Below are positions 10,379 through 25,300 of a DNA stretch of 64,000 nucleotides, piece by piece. A program made the translations under genes and the position numbers. The stretch is from Spongospora subterranea f. sp. subterranea. Taxonomy: Eukaryota. The stretch covers positions 1 through 64,000 of the forward strand of contig JAUGWO010000086.1 of the NCBI GenBank assembly GCA_049724395.1. Reading direction: 5' to 3'. Under the pieces are notes generated by a model. The model did no database searches and was not told where the DNA came from. It saw only the letters and a program-made list of their open reading frames with translations. Position 1 is the first letter of the stretch, and every line of letters begins with the position of its first letter.

Positions 10379-11926
10379 ATGAATATTGATGGGACTCGAT
10401 TCTCGTACAGTGATGACGAGAAAAGACGGATCACCGAGAGGCTTAACAAACGCCCAAGTCATACGATGATGTCCTATAAACCAACAGGCGGGTCAAATGG
10501 TGAGTCTTCTTGTTGGAGCATACATCATTGGTTGTTGTTTTGATATGTTCGTGTTCCTTTGAGTCCAATTTTTATGGTGATTTATAGGACCAGGTCACGC
10601 TTATTTAGCTGGTCAAGTTGTGTTTGAGCTTGCCAATTCTATTTTTGGTTTTAACGGTTGGAGCTCTTCCATCATTAAACATGAGGTCGATTTTGTATGT
10701 GAATAACTGGTTAAACAGAAAACAGACGCACATTGAAGTTATATGACAGGAAAAAAGTGAAGGCAATCGGTGGTCAATTGGAATATCATGTTTGGCCAAG
10801 ATAACCCTTAAAGATGGAACCTCTCATGAGGAAAGTACGTTGATCGGTGTCTTTACAAAAACCGTTTTTAACCGTTGCCGATAGTCGGATACGGATCAGT
10901 TGAAAATTTTCCCGGAAGGGCAGAAGCTATGAAAAAATGCCTCAAGGAAGCGGCAACTGATGGGAAAAAACGAGCTTTGCGTCTTCTTGGGAATGCGCTT
11001 GGTCTTTGCTTATGTATTATGATTGTGTATTTTTCAACGGGTCACTACTAATATTTTAATATTTTTATAAGCCGATAAGAAGTTTCTTGTCGCTTTGCGA
11101 AACGGAAAAGGTGATTCGTACAAGGGTATCCCATTGGCAGGAATAGGGTTGAATTGCGACAATGGCGCTGCAAATGGCGAAGCTGTCACCAATGGCGCCG
11201 ATTCGGTAAACGCGTTTGAATAATCATACCACCCAGTTCAACTGTCACGCTAGAAATCTCTCCCATTGTCTGGTAAAATCCCCAATCCAAACCAGCTGGG
11301 ACGTGTAAGTTCGAACACCGACAGTGTGAGCAACCAAGCAAAGAACATCACGACTAAGCGTCCATATGAAGCACCCGAACTGCCTCAGCCACCATCGGTT
11401 CTATTTTTTTTACCAAATCGTCATCTGTACTTTTTAACAAATGCCAACAGGAATTGCCGCCTAAAATTGCACGTGTCAGTCCGGTTTATACAACAAGGGT
11501 AGGGTATTTGATGTTTCAATTTCTTTGTTTCGTGCTAATTTCTCATCAGGATCCAGTTCCACCCGTTGATAATGGATCAGACGCAATGGTTCGGCAGCTC
11601 TACGTTGTAGTTTGGAGTTGATCATTGACTTGGACATGAATCTAGGCCCATCATTCCGCAATTCGGTGTCAAAATCAAGATCGTGTGGGCACTCATTTGA
11701 ACGCTTCTATCCCTTCTAACATGCCTTCTGCTGCCAACAACGCCAATAGTGTGCATGATAAAGATCAAAATCATCCTCGACCTGGCAATTTTTTCCCTGA
11801 ACTAGGCGATCTCAGGTAGGCTTTTCTCTCCAACATTGAGCGACATGTTGACTTGTGATTCGCTTGTATAGCGCTGAAGATTTCGCCGCTATTGACGTTA
11901 TATCTACACGTCATAGGTCCGTATGA
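10379..11926 (+). CDS. RAD52: Rad52/Rad22-family single-strand annealing protein, multi-exon; 3' end approximate
   Basis: Splicing GT-AG introns (exons 10379-10499, 10588-10694, 10750-10834, 10885-11013, 11072-) gives ..YSDDEKRRITERL..GHAYLAGQVVFELANSIFGFNGWSSSIIKHEVDF..SIGISCLAKITLKDGTSHEEIGYG..AMKKCLKEAATDGKKRALRLLGNALGLCLSDKKF. This matches the Rad52 core (LANEMFGYNGW, LKDG..HED.GYG, KEA.TDGLKRALR.FGNALG.C). A low-complexity tail follows. Confidence 0.92.
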
Positions 11927-12169
11927 CCATTTGAATCATTAACTATATTTATTATAAAATCTTTTATATCTTGAGCTTACAGTGAACAATTGATTCACCT
12001 AAATATGCACGCGACTCAACTGTCTGCTTGTGCCTCAAGATCGATTCACAATCGTTTTCTGATCTTATCAGCTAATTTGTCATGCCATCCAGTTCTAAAT
12101 GCCAGAGGGTCAAGCCTCATGCGCCACATCCTCAGCGACTTCATGATCCAGATTTGAACCAGAAGCTGT

Positions 12170-13350
12170 CATTACATGAGGAACAGGTTCAGCACCAAAA
12201 GCATGATCATTATTTTCCGGTTAACAGACCTCATGAACAGCCCAGAGGAGGAAAAGGGATTCATCAAAGCCCGAGAAGAGAGGCCAAATAACCTCGTTGC
12301 AATACCGGATGTCATGGTTGTACATTGCAAGGAAACAACCTCTCGCATCGCATCCGTTTTTAATTTGCATTTCTCTAAATACACGAATATCGTTCCATGT
12401 CTCTGAAACCTACCAGATTCACAAACAGGTTATATCAAGTGCCATTAAGGGTTCTAGTGACGAAGAATGGCGAATGCTTTCTAGAACTTGAGAACTATTT
12501 CTAGAGTTCAAGAAAAGAGGATACGCCATATAGTTCAGGATAACTCGGGGTCTGGGCCGTCCAATGATGCTGAGGACACTTTCTTCCTTCATTAGTTTAT
12601 TCAATCCGTTGATCACAGTGCGTCTTAGAAGAGTTTAGGCTCATATATATTTGTTCATCATCCATTCACCTCATTGCATGCTCCCATGAAAACAGATCCT
12701 CAGTATGGCTTTCCTGCTATGCACGAAGGGCTTGTTTTAGGTTTAAACGCTCTGCAAACCGTTTATCAAATCTGGAGCGAAATGGAACAACCTTTTTGAA
12801 CAGGTAAACACAGAAGTATAATGTCGCTTTCCAGGCTATTACAATAGGTACAGTATGAAGGTTGGAAATGTTGATAGCAACTACAGGTCGCGGCGATGGC
12901 ATCGGTTTGGAATGCTGCGAAGTTCGTCAACTGATTCATTGGAAGAGTACTTTTCCCTCCAACATGAGGCTCCTCGTCCTACTCATAAAACTGGACGCAC
13001 TACCTTTGTTTAAAGAGAAAACTTCCTCATCGCTATGACCCTCTGAATCCACGATATTGCTGACGACGCGGATCCATTGCCTTTTCTGTATGCCAGCCTG
13101 GTTTGGTATCAGGGCGCCTTTCCCTGAAAGCGTGACCGTGATTCCGTCCGTCAGTTCCTCTGTTGTTATCGATGCAGAGAGCACAGAAATGCATATTTCA
13201 ACCAAGATCGCCCTATGGACAGGCACTTGAGCTCTTCCAAAACTTATTGTCGACAAACCTTATCCGTTATGACGGAACAGCAACGAGCAGGACCGTGTTC
13301 CCGATAACTGATACGCTGTTGGGGTGTATCCCAAGCGCATTTGGAGTATA
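12170..13350 (+). pseudogene. Probable degenerate hAT transposase remnant
   Basis: Fragments in hAT order: SSDEEWRML, MAFLL, DSLEEYF, DPLP..W..AFP, AESTEMHIS. Many stops and frameshifts; no termini found. Confidence 0.4.
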
Positions 13351-13362
13351 ACTGTTTTGATT

Positions 13363-16300
13363 TTATTGGTCAAGTTGAAGTATTAAGGCGACACCTCGCT
13401 TGACCCAATGATCTTCGGGTAGACGAGATGGAAGGTTGATCGTAAGGACATAATTGGTGCTGTGTCCAGTGGTGGATAATGTTCCAGCTCGTTTACTTGT
13501 CTTGTAGACTGGGCATTGATATGCGTTGTGGAGAACTGGAGCATCAGCGGTGATACCTGGTTTGAGCCAAATCACTGGCATTGGGGACAATAGAGTCTTC
13601 GGTGAGGATTCCGCTGCGAAAACAAACTCAGTAAATAAGCTGAAAAAGCACTACGTAAACTGACCTAAACAGTGGTGGTTCGAATCCCATTTCGCCCCTT
13701 CAAGATACATGCCAGATACGTAGCAACCAGACGCTGGGGGATTCAATAATTGCTCCACAGGTTCGCGCATGACTTCAAACGAAAAGCTCAATGTATCGAT
13801 TGGGATTTGATGAGCACCGAGCATAATTCTGTAATCACGTCAGAAGAGTTCGATGGCAACGGCAAAAAGGTATTGATTTACCTGAATTGCACCTGTCAGG
13901 AAACTCTGAGTAAAAAAGAATCCGGAAATCCAAAATACTGGCGGTGGGCCATTATCAACCTATTGTAGTAGAGTTGACGTCTGAAAAGATGGAATGAGAA
14001 CAACAATCCATACCCATCTCTGAAAGAACGCCAGACGGTTAGCGAGATCAGCAACCCAAGGCCTCAGCGGTTTCAATGATGGATAGCTATGCGAAGACCA
14101 TAAGGTTGGAACCCTGCCATCGAACATGTCGTTTCCCAGAGATTCCAACTCTGGCGACATTACCTGTTTCACGAAAAGACTGAGACTCTATCAAATGCAA
14201 TACAATATCAACACTACGATTTGTCCGGATAAGGCTTGAGCAAGATTGGATAGTGTTGATTTGACTTGCTTGATTAATCTGTTATATCGCTTAAGTTCTT
14301 GCACCAAAACAGTATTTAAGCTCTGAGCATAATCTACAGGATATCGCCCAGAGATATTTTCGATATCAAACAACTTCGGGAACATATTCTGTCATCACAT
14401 TGGTTGTTGTTAACGAGTTTACAATCAGAGCTTTGGAATCATCAGTATCACCAACCTCAACATCGGCAATCGATCGAACGATCGTGTCCTCCCGTAAAGT
14501 GCTGGATGTAGAACTGGATCGCGGCATCTGCTTCAAAGCCGAAGCCAATAAGTCATTACTCTCTTTGATTGCTGAGCTGATATCAGCGTTCTCATGAAGC
14601 CCGAATACTTCCGGATCATCGTTCAATGGAAATTTTTTGATGTGGGCCACAACTGATTCAAGATTCCCATCCTGATTGAACGTTCCCAATCACCGATCGA
14701 ATATCATTAATGTCTATCGAATATTACTGTTGGCGTCTTGTAAACCCCCGAGGGCGACAAAGAATACGGGTTAACAGTAATAATTTTGTCACAGTAAAAT
14801 TCTTTCAGGATGTGATGCATTGTGCGGCGATCGTTCTCGTCAGTCACCCGTCCACCATAATTTAATTCTCCCGTTATGTATCGAAGCGCCTAAGGTTTCG
14901 TCTTCAGTAATGGGCGGTTGCCTCATAAGTTGGAGAACGTACCGGTAACGGTGGAACTTCGGTTGCCTCAAGAAACTGTTGCAGCTGACGAACGCTGATA
15001 GTCAAATCACTATTGTTGAATTCGTAAAATATGTTCCATCCAAGAGGCCCGAATTTGCGGCGCTCCTACAAATTAGCAATCAAAATCTGTTCTCAGATGA
15101 ACAGTTTGTTCTGACCTGCACCACGCCGTGGAAAAAGCATAAACCGAATAATAATCGCTTGAACGATTTGTTTTTTCCACTCTCCTGATACCAAGTGGGG
15201 TCGAACCCAGAATATGAGCGAAGAATGTTAGCCCGAAGCCCACGAGGAGGCTCATTAGTCATTTTAACTCCATTTTGCAAAATTGACACAGGAAATCTAC
15301 AGTAAATCAATGTACCATAGACTTTGCAAACTTGAACAGAATTTCGTACCGATCACTAGGTTTTGAGGTGAGCCATAACCGGAAATCAGGATGTGCTGTT
15401 TCTGGGTTGATGTCTTGAACAATCTTTTCCAAAGTATTCATCCACGACACAGCAAGATGGCAATTTTGTAATAACACCCATGTGCCTGAATCATTAGTCA
15501 ACTGATATTTTGTAGTGAAAACTTGACGAATTTGTGCCTTTATCGATAGCCGATGCGATGGCGGTCTCAGCAATAGCACCTTGACCTTGACCTAACGATA
15601 TACTGGACAGTTTATCAGCGGACCCATATCCGCGAATTTCAGCGAACTTATACAACCTGAAATACGGGGGTCAACTGCTAAGAATAACAAAAAAGTTGTG
15701 AATGGAGTACTCAGCGACAGGATCAGCTCCTAGAGATAATATGAATATCAGAGGTGACGTGTTGGATGTATCGGCAAATCCTTCTGCCAAGTCGAAAATC
15801 GGCGGTTCCATGAACTTTTTGCCCATTACCAGACCGACGAAAGATTGTATTCCTGAACAAGATCCAGGTTAGGCCGTATAAATTTGTTGTCGCCACCATT
15901 AATCCAACCTGATGTCAGTTTGTCCAGGCGAATACATCGGACGATACACAGCCTTTGTAACGGATTTAACTTGGCCTGAATTTATCAGCTATTCAAAACC
16001 ATAAACAAACAGTGACCAAGATGCATACCTGAAATGGTTCTGGGAATGGCTCATTGAATGGATCTGAGCAGTCGTACACCCGTTTCCAGTGTTTGATGAA
16101 GCGAGAGAATGTTGCGTCTAGCCCTTGGAAAGCAGGTATCTGTGATAGGGTCTGAAGAGTATTTGCATGTCAGTATGCATTGACAGCACGTGACGTAGTG
16201 AATTGCCTGAAGTAAGGGCCAGATTTCACCAATAATCCATTCAGGAGCAGGATTCTCGATATAATTTCCTGGACTCGGAGCTTTTCCCCCTGAAGAAACA

Positions 16301-19300
16301 AACAAATTGGGTTCGTTGCGATGATGTAAGAAATCACATACCTCCAGTTAAAAGGAAGCGAAAAGTGTCAGAATCCAGTTCGCTTTTCCCTTGTAGAATC
16401 TTCAAACATAGAAGAAACGAAAACAACAATTTATCGTCTTCAAATAACGATCGGCATACGTTGCGATATAACGCCAATAGAAACTGATCGCGAATATTAA
16501 TGGTTCGCTGAAGGCGAGCCGGAGCCTAAGTGCCGTCAGATGACAAAAAATGACGTAATGACAAAGATCAAACCTTGGGGGCAGCATCCATCGCTCGTAT
16601 ATATAACGACAGGAACCAATCCAATGAATATTGATACATAGGATCAATACACGATAAGTCGGAAACGCAGAAGAAAAGGTTGGCAGCTTGAACAGCTAGA
16701 ACCTGATATTCTGCTCTGATTTTGTTAATACGAGTTTCGGTGACAACACCCTCGGCCACACGCTTCTCAATCAATTTTGATGCCTCATTACTCTGATGTA
16801 ATGATGTTATCCTTCAACAAAGCGTCAAAACGAGCTCATATTCAAACCTTGCCTAGAGCAGCGATCAACTCTTCATTGTCCAGTATGTTTCCTTGAGCTG
16901 AGCTCAGTCTTTGAAGGATTTCGTCCTCAATTTTAGATAGCTGGCGCTGATATTCCGAGCTGCTGACGATCAGTTCCATACGTTCCTGTTCGAGCTTGGG
17001 TTCATCTCGAGAGACGACCTAGACACAATCAGTGACGTCACTTTACTAAATTATGATTCGCTTACGAGCCCTAACATCTGATCCTCAAGACCCTCAGGTG
17101 TTATCATGAAATTTACCAGTACTACTTTTGTTGATATCTAAAATAAACGATAAGGCTCTTGGTTACCATTCCAACCAAAACCTAATGACAGCAGAGTACC
17201 TGAGGTGTATAATGGGGATTCACTAATTTCGTTGTCATGTACAGGGTAAAATTAGGATCGAAATCGACAGCATTTTCGCCAAGTTTTATCATCAGTCTCC
17301 CTGAAATACATCATCAATCCAGGTTTGCCGCTATTCCCCAGTACCAGCCAATACCTCCAGAGGTATATGATTGTTTTGTCAGGATCGGGTCAAGCATTGG
17401 ATCCAACGATTCACCAATACCTTCAAGTAATAGCGGCGTTCCAAACTGGTTGTATATGAACAAGTTCATTATGAAGAAACTGTTTCCGGATTCAAACAAT
17501 TACTTGTAGACAATTTTCAAGAGCTCGTGCGAAACCGGTCCCGCCATTTTTTACAATTTTCATGGCTCTTGACTTCTCACGAATGCTTATCCAACGATGT
17601 GCTTGAGCCTAAACGAGCGATTTGTTAGATTCAGTGAATACAACGGTAAATTCCTTTATGAAGGAACCTGCGGATCAATCATTAATGGATATAGAACCGA
17701 CAGCTTCATGATAACGGCGTTATCAATCGAAAACTGATCTTTTGGCAGCTTTTGAATAATCCAGGAACGGATTTCGACTGGGTCACCCATGACACTACCC
17801 AAGGTGAAGGTCTGAAAAAACACGCGAGTTTGAACTGTGAACATATATTTGTGTGCGAGAATCACCTCAGACACAGCTATATTCTGAGCTTGCAAACTCG
17901 ATTTCCATTGCTGGATGATTCGATCACGAAATGAACTGGTGAATCCTCCCAAGTAAGCAATCACCCCGGACGAGACCACGATATTCCCGATAACGTTGTC
18001 ATAATCTTGCGATAATTCCTGTTAATATTGATGAGAAGCCATTTCGAGTCGAGGAAAACGACAGACAGTGGAGCGTTGTGTCCACCGATCTTTTTCTCCG
18101 CCCAAACCGCCAATTAACCGTTCAGCTCGCTCCAGTCGCCTAAAAAATATTTATTATTTTCCTGAGATATCAATGTCCTCTGTATTATCATACTTGCTAC
18201 AATCCTGAACATCATCTTTTCAAGTTTTTGTTTCCTACCACGCACGATTAGAAAAGAGATGACATGTGCTGATTCCAGAAACTGTTTCAGATTCTGTTGA
18301 TGCAACGTACCTAGCGTCGGCAACCTCGAACTGAGACTTGAGATCCCTCAAAAGCTGCTGTACTGTTTCGAACTGGTATATTTTAGCTGCTAATTGTTTT
18401 TTGGCCTCCGCTAATATGGCTTCTGCATTGGCCAAAGCCTCCTGTTTAACAGCCACTGTTCATGAGCGTCTCAACAGAAGTCTAAATGCGATATATTACC
18501 TTCATAGGTCCTACTTCCTTCGCAACCTCATTGTACGTGTACAAGGCTCGAACCCATTTACAAAGCCCTTGTGCAGCCACAGAAGCCTTCTTGACTTTTT
18601 CGGGAATGAATTCTGAACAACTGAGGTGAGAATTTCCTGTAATTTGAACAAATTACTGAAATACTACCTGCATTCTCAATATATGGCTTAAGCGCATCAA
18701 TAATCTTTGGTGATATATTGTCCTTATCATACATCTGTAATGTCGTCAGGAATTTTGGGTCCCCGAGAAAACGATTTCTTAGCCGTCTCCCAATAATCTG
18801 CCGTCTTTTGACCAGCCGCCCCAACACGTATTGGCTCAACATCCAACATGATGCAGACTGTAATTTTCGAGGTAGCTCCTCAATGATAGAACAATCACCC
18901 CATAGCGTAACATACTGGTTTCCATGGTCAAAACTACAGCTGTTGGAGGCGTCTTCATCGCTTTTACTTCCACAATATCGTTCTTCTTTAGCACCTTCAA
19001 CGCTTTCATTGCGCTTTCATAAGCAGGAAGAGCTGCATCCAGTTTAATCTGTTATCAATTTTTAAGATTGGATATGGATCTAGAACTGCTTGGCCGACAT
19101 ACCTGACATTCATCCTTGATTTTTTGCGCTTCTGCAGCTTGATCATTACATAGTTTAGATTCATATTCCACGATCTACAGGGACAGATATGGTCAATATT
19201 CATGACGCTGACAACTGATCATTGAACACCTTTGATTGAGCGTCAGCCTCTGTTGTTCGTATTTGTATTGTGACTAATAACTCCTCGGTTTGGGCAGAGC

Positions 19301-22300
19301 TTTCAATCAGTTGAGGTCGTAATAGCTCCAGCTGCTCCTGCATCCCTTTCACCTGTATCGATGTTTCTGCAAGCTTTGACAATCCATTTACATATCGATC
19401 TCGAGCGTAGCCGATTTCCCTAAATTAATCAGTCATTGGTCAATATATCGAAAGCAATTACAGCTTTGATCGTACTTTCTTTTCAACTCGAAAACGTTGG
19501 CAAATGTTTTTAAAAGCGATAGATACGAAGTGGCTGTGACATAATTATGCCGGTTCAAAGCTGCCTTATATTCTGAGCTTAGTGCGATCGCCGTTTCTTG
19601 CATTGATACACAAACGTTGATGACACGTTCGTCAACGTCGACGTTTGCCATAAATCGATCAGCGACCGACCTGTTTTTATCGTAAGATCAATTACAGTAT
19701 CTGGCAAAATGTCGCGAGACCGTACCGCAGCGCATCGACAGGCCAACGATGGAACCAGTCAATGGTGCAACAATTGACAAGAGAGGGAAACTGACGAAGC
19801 CGCTCTCGAAATGAATCTCCGATAGGAGATAAACACAGCACGATATGGATATTTTGGCGACATCTCTGCACAAAGAAGGTATACAAGGCAGCAGATGAGT
19901 CTCCTCGGCCAGCAGCTATATCAAAGTCACAACAATCAAACAACCGTTCTGTTCGACGCTGTACGACAGACAATACCACGGGCAGCTGCACCAATATTCT
20001 CCCAAATCGCGGACAGTTCTTCTGTCAGGAATAGGTTAGGAACCTAAGCAACCACTTGGCTCAATCCAAAGATGGTGAGCGCTGTTGAAGGATAACCGAA
20101 CCTCGCCGTTGTTAAGGATATTATTAACATCCTCAAGAAACGACTCGTCTTTTATAGCTCCATCACTAAGCATAAAGACTTGTTGTACATCGTCAACACC
20201 AGCCGATATCAGCGTTTTCTTTAAGTCATCGTGCCATTCTGTTTGTCCATAATTATTGGTGGCTTCGATCGATGTAAGGCTATATTCGGAGGCAAATGCC
20301 TATGGAGATTGATTCAATGACAGGTTGCAAACTCGACAACCGTGATTACCGCCAGGCGTGTCAAACTTTGGCGTCCTAGCCCTGCTACCCCGACAAGCAG
20401 GGCATTGCCGAATGGATGAACGAATGATGCGAACCAGTCTAGCAACATGCTCAATGGCAGACTGAAATAAAACCAAATTCATCTGAGAGGAATGGACAGC
20501 GTTATAATCATCCAGCAGATCGGTGACGCGACGACGCAATGAGTCCATATCAACGACTTCAAGATATGCTCTGTCCGATGCAAGGAAATCACAATATATT
20601 AGACGGCGATCAGCATCACCTATAAAAACAACGATCAAACACGGTTCGAAGAAAGAGAACTCTTCACACACCAGAGAGTATTTCTCGTTCATAATCCATA
20701 TTGAGAGTGGTTTTGACTTGCTTTATCAGCACATTATGGAACCATTTTTCATCAGTACTGTCAATGAGTCGATCGCTGAACACACGATAACACTCATGAG
20801 ACCACAGTCGAACCAAGTCTGTCCCAGACGAGATATTGCTCTTCTTTCCACTTACAACTCCCTAGAAACAATTGATCAGCGTTGACAACAACACATTTCA
20901 AACAGAGGCCAACCTGAAACACTTTTGATAGATCACGAAGATTAAAGGTGTAATGCGCTTTTGCTGGAGTAGGGCGTAATTCAGATGCAATCGTGTCGTA
21001 TAAAGAGACAGTAGCAGAGACAATTTTTGCTTGAACAGATAGTAGATCTGAACCGGATCCTAAGACACAGTTTTGATTTGGGAGTCAACGCGCATCCTGA
21101 AAGATCATGTATAACGACAACCATTGGGAAAAGAGTTGATCCACCGTTTCATGATCGTTGAAAAAATTCTCTGTAATGAGTCGTTATCAAATGGAACTAC
21201 AGAAAGAGACACGAAATGTCGCAGAAATCGAGAGCTAACAGCGTTTCTACCACCGCCTATGCCACCCAACTTTCAGAAAACAAATTCAGAGGTTTAGATT
21301 ACGATCATAGACCTGGGACGCCCAAAGCCGATACGAAGCCAATATCAACCAGGGATCTAAACTCATTATCGGTATACCAGCCACCATGATCCATCCATTG
21401 ACGAAGAAGCTCAATTGGGGGCTGCGAACCATACTAGGAATGTCGCATTAGGTATGCTCAAATTTAGTTTCGATTTTTTCTTACCTGATCCTTATTTGGC
21501 ATACTTAAGTCGTCGACGAAAATTATTAGATGCTTGTTTAATGGTGGGCTGAACACACCCTTTCGGCGACGGTCGGTTTTCGAATCAATGATTTCTGATT
21601 TTGAATGTTGAATCAATAACCGGTGCTTACTCGATAGCAAAAAATCTCACGTTGCGTTTGCGATGCAGATGATCTGGCAGAGAAAGTTATGTTGACTGGA
21701 ATGAAAATCCCTGGGTCGACCCCTTTATTCATAACCAGATTGATGCACATGGATTTTCCCGTTCCTGTACTTCCAACCCATAGAGCATGGCGCTTATTCT
21801 GAACTAGCATCGAGAGGATCGACGAATTGCGTGTCTGATGCAAACGATTAAAACAATAGTGGTGAAAAGGAAGTTCTCATGGCACTTACAGTATCCAGAG
21901 TCGGTATGATAATATCTTGAAAGGCGACATGTGGTGGAATGTCAGGGACTACACCCCCATCTAGCCAATGCTTCCATCCACCAGTGATTGAGTCGAATGT
22001 ATAGTCATATACCGAACCTCGCGAAGGGAAATTCATTCGTAACGATATTCCTGACCCAAAAAAGTTTCGAATTCTCCAGTTGCGAACCATCAAGTCATAT
22101 CTACCCTCAAAGGTTTTGTCTAACGATGGCGTGTCGGCCTTCGTTGCTTTTCCATCAAACACAGTACGTGCAAATTTATCGAACATAGCGCGACCTTCAA
22201 CAGTAGTGTTGGCGCCGATCGTCCATCTGGAATCACATCAACAAGGTGTGTGGGTATGGCGAGCTGCTTGTTTCTACATGACAGAAAATGCGAATATGCA

Positions 22301-25300
22301 CTCAACAGCCAGAGTTAATTGTGAAGAAGATCTATCGACATTGGAACTGAAATGGGACGCCGTTACTGCGCCAAATAAACTGAAAAGAGACCGCGTCAAG
22401 GCCATCGCTAAAGCAACAGGATTAAGTCAAGCTTTGAAAAATCGGGATAGATTACGAGATAGGGGTAATATCACAGGTAAGCGTCGCGAACCATATTCAA
22501 GGGCTGGCTTCGCCAACCAATTAAATAAGGCCCGGATATCGTCTTTTAAAGGAGAAAGACGGGAATCGAGAGTATTGAGCCACGAGGTGAGTAAAGGGAT
22601 CAACCCTATTTGCTCAGGTTCCATATAGACCATGCCACATCGCGAAACAGTAGCAGGAGAAGCTGCTGACAAATCCTCAACCTGATAATGCAGGTCACAA
22701 TAATGAGAATAAACCAACGACAACTTCCAGTTGATTTACCTCGAACATCATTGTCATTGTCTTAGACAGTTTGATAATCTCACCGCTCGCCAGACACAAC
22801 TTTTTATTATCATCCAGAACAGTATTCATGTTCTCAATCCAAATCTAGAAAGGTCATGAGGATGGTCTGACAATTCAGGGCACGCTGTAAGCCCTACTGC
22901 GTCGACAGGTCCATCAAAAACAACCCATTTCCTATTTTGCGACGTTGATGATGCACACTCTCTGACAATAACTATCGCCATATAATCATTTCTTATCTAC
23001 TTCATATTATACCAAACAATACGCTGAAGAACCTGTTATGATCCCATTCTTCCACTCTCGTGTATTTGGGTCGAACTCGCCATAAAGCTTTCCCATCGAT
23101 AATGCCTTGGGATTGATTGTGTGCACAGTGACGTCTTTTAAAGCAGCAGCTAGTACCCTATCGAATCATATGGATTAGATGATATTAACTCAACATCGTC
23201 CAATTAACCTGATCGTTGATGTCTTTCCAGAAAGTGTTCTTCCAACAATCATCAACCCATGACGAACGCGAACGGTCTCGTATAAATTGAGGCAATTGGT
23301 TCGAAAATTCGGCGTCAGCTCTATATCACAGACCACGTCGGATAGTGGTGTCGTTGAGCTACAGAGACTTACCAAGATTGAAACGCGCACATTCCTGCAC
23401 GATTCCTGTTTGAAGTTCGTCATAAACCAAAGCAGGTAGTACAACACTTGGAAAGAGATCCCGAGTAATCCCAACAAATAATGGAATATCATCAGCGGTA
23501 AATTTGGGCAAATTACAATCGTTAATGGCGCGAAGACAAAGCTGATCTTCGGGTGTATGAGGATAGTCGCGTTTCAGTGATCCAGCGGCGGTGAGAATCG
23601 ACTTTACACTTCTCATCCCAAAATCGTAATGGTCTTGCGATGACAACTGTTCCGATGCCAATCGCAACCCCGCCACCTAATCAAGGAATTCAGGAACTAC
23701 GAAACTATTCCATTGATGTTCATCATGATTACAATCTTTCTCGCCAGAATACGAGCTTGGCTATATCCATATGAATAGAGGACAATTTCAGCAATCAACG
23801 AATAGTCTGGAACCATCATAGCTACTGTTCGAAACAAAATTTTCAGGTTGTCAGGAAGCTCGGAGCGACCAGCATATCCTGTGATACCAATAAGATGCTT
23901 GTTTGGACGATCACGCCAAGTACATACCTGGATTCATGGTGATAAATATAGCACAAGAATGCTGAAGGATGAGGTCAGTTCCTTCAAATAGAAGGCGAGA
24001 TTTGCCATCATTTATCGCTCTTTGAATTGACTGAATCTGTTGAGCAACGACCGATAATACTTCCAAATCAATACGATTAAATTCGTCAAAACAGGCCCAG
24101 GCACCACTGGCTATTAAACCTAATTGCCATACCCAATGTTAGTTTAGATAAAATTTCAATTGACTGACAACAACGATAACAAGCGCCCAAAACTCAAATG
24201 AAGTGAAGAAAAAGAGGCTGAACGAAGAAACATACCTTTGAAGAACTTCGCCATTACAAGATAATCTAACGAATCGGAACAATTGAAAACAACACATTGC
24301 TTGGCGACTGCTTTTGCAAGGTCCTTGACAGTTTCTGTCTTCCCTGTACCTGCAGGCCCTTCAGGAGCACCTAAGAAATGGGAAGAAATTCCAATGGGGT
24401 CGACGCAAAAGGTTATCAAACAGATATTACCACCAAGGTGAAGATGAAGAGCTCCCATTAGAGTTCTGTAGCACCTGTCTGTTAACGGAGTGATCACTAG
24501 ACGAGATGAATTGCCTGATCCAACGTTTAGAGATCCGTTGGGTGCAAAAAAGAGGGCATTACCAAGATATTCATAGGCGTAATCAATCGATGCATTTATC
24601 ATGCGAACCTTCAGCATCTCTTCCTCCATATAATATCGTAGCTGCCCTTTCCATTCAAACGCATCGGTATCCTCACATCCCTGTCGCAAAGGTTTACAAC
24701 GCTATTAATCAGACTCTTTCACAAACTGACAGATTCGATCATTTTGAAAACAGAATCACGGGCATGGACGTCAATGACAACTAATGCTCCCAATGTCAAT
24801 CTAAATAATTCGAAAGTCCTTAGTATTGATTTTCATTGATTGAAATGCGAAACCATACCGATCTAGCTCTGTCAATGGGCTTCTTACTAATTCTACTACT
24901 GAGTCTAATTGCTGATTTAGTTTGTGAAGGAATTTCTTCAAGCCACGATTTCCCCCTAATGTTCAGTGTGATTATTTGAAGTATCACCACTTTTATTGAC
25001 GCGTCACCTTTTTGTAATGCGTCTTCAACTTCGGAGGTCCATATGATTTGATCAACTGCTAATACGATCTGGTATAACAATTAGAATAGGATTATGGCTG
25101 GATAATCGTCAGACCTGTCCAGGCCAAGATAAAAGCCACTTTTCCCGTACAAACCCTTGGGAGTTAAGATGCGCCTTTAGGCTTCGTTGCATCAGCGACT
25201 TTAAGCTATCTTTCATGACGGCCTCCACTTCGGATAGCCATAATTCAACCTGTTGGGGTGGTCTCAGGAACTGGCATCATCGAATCAGAATGCAATCTTC

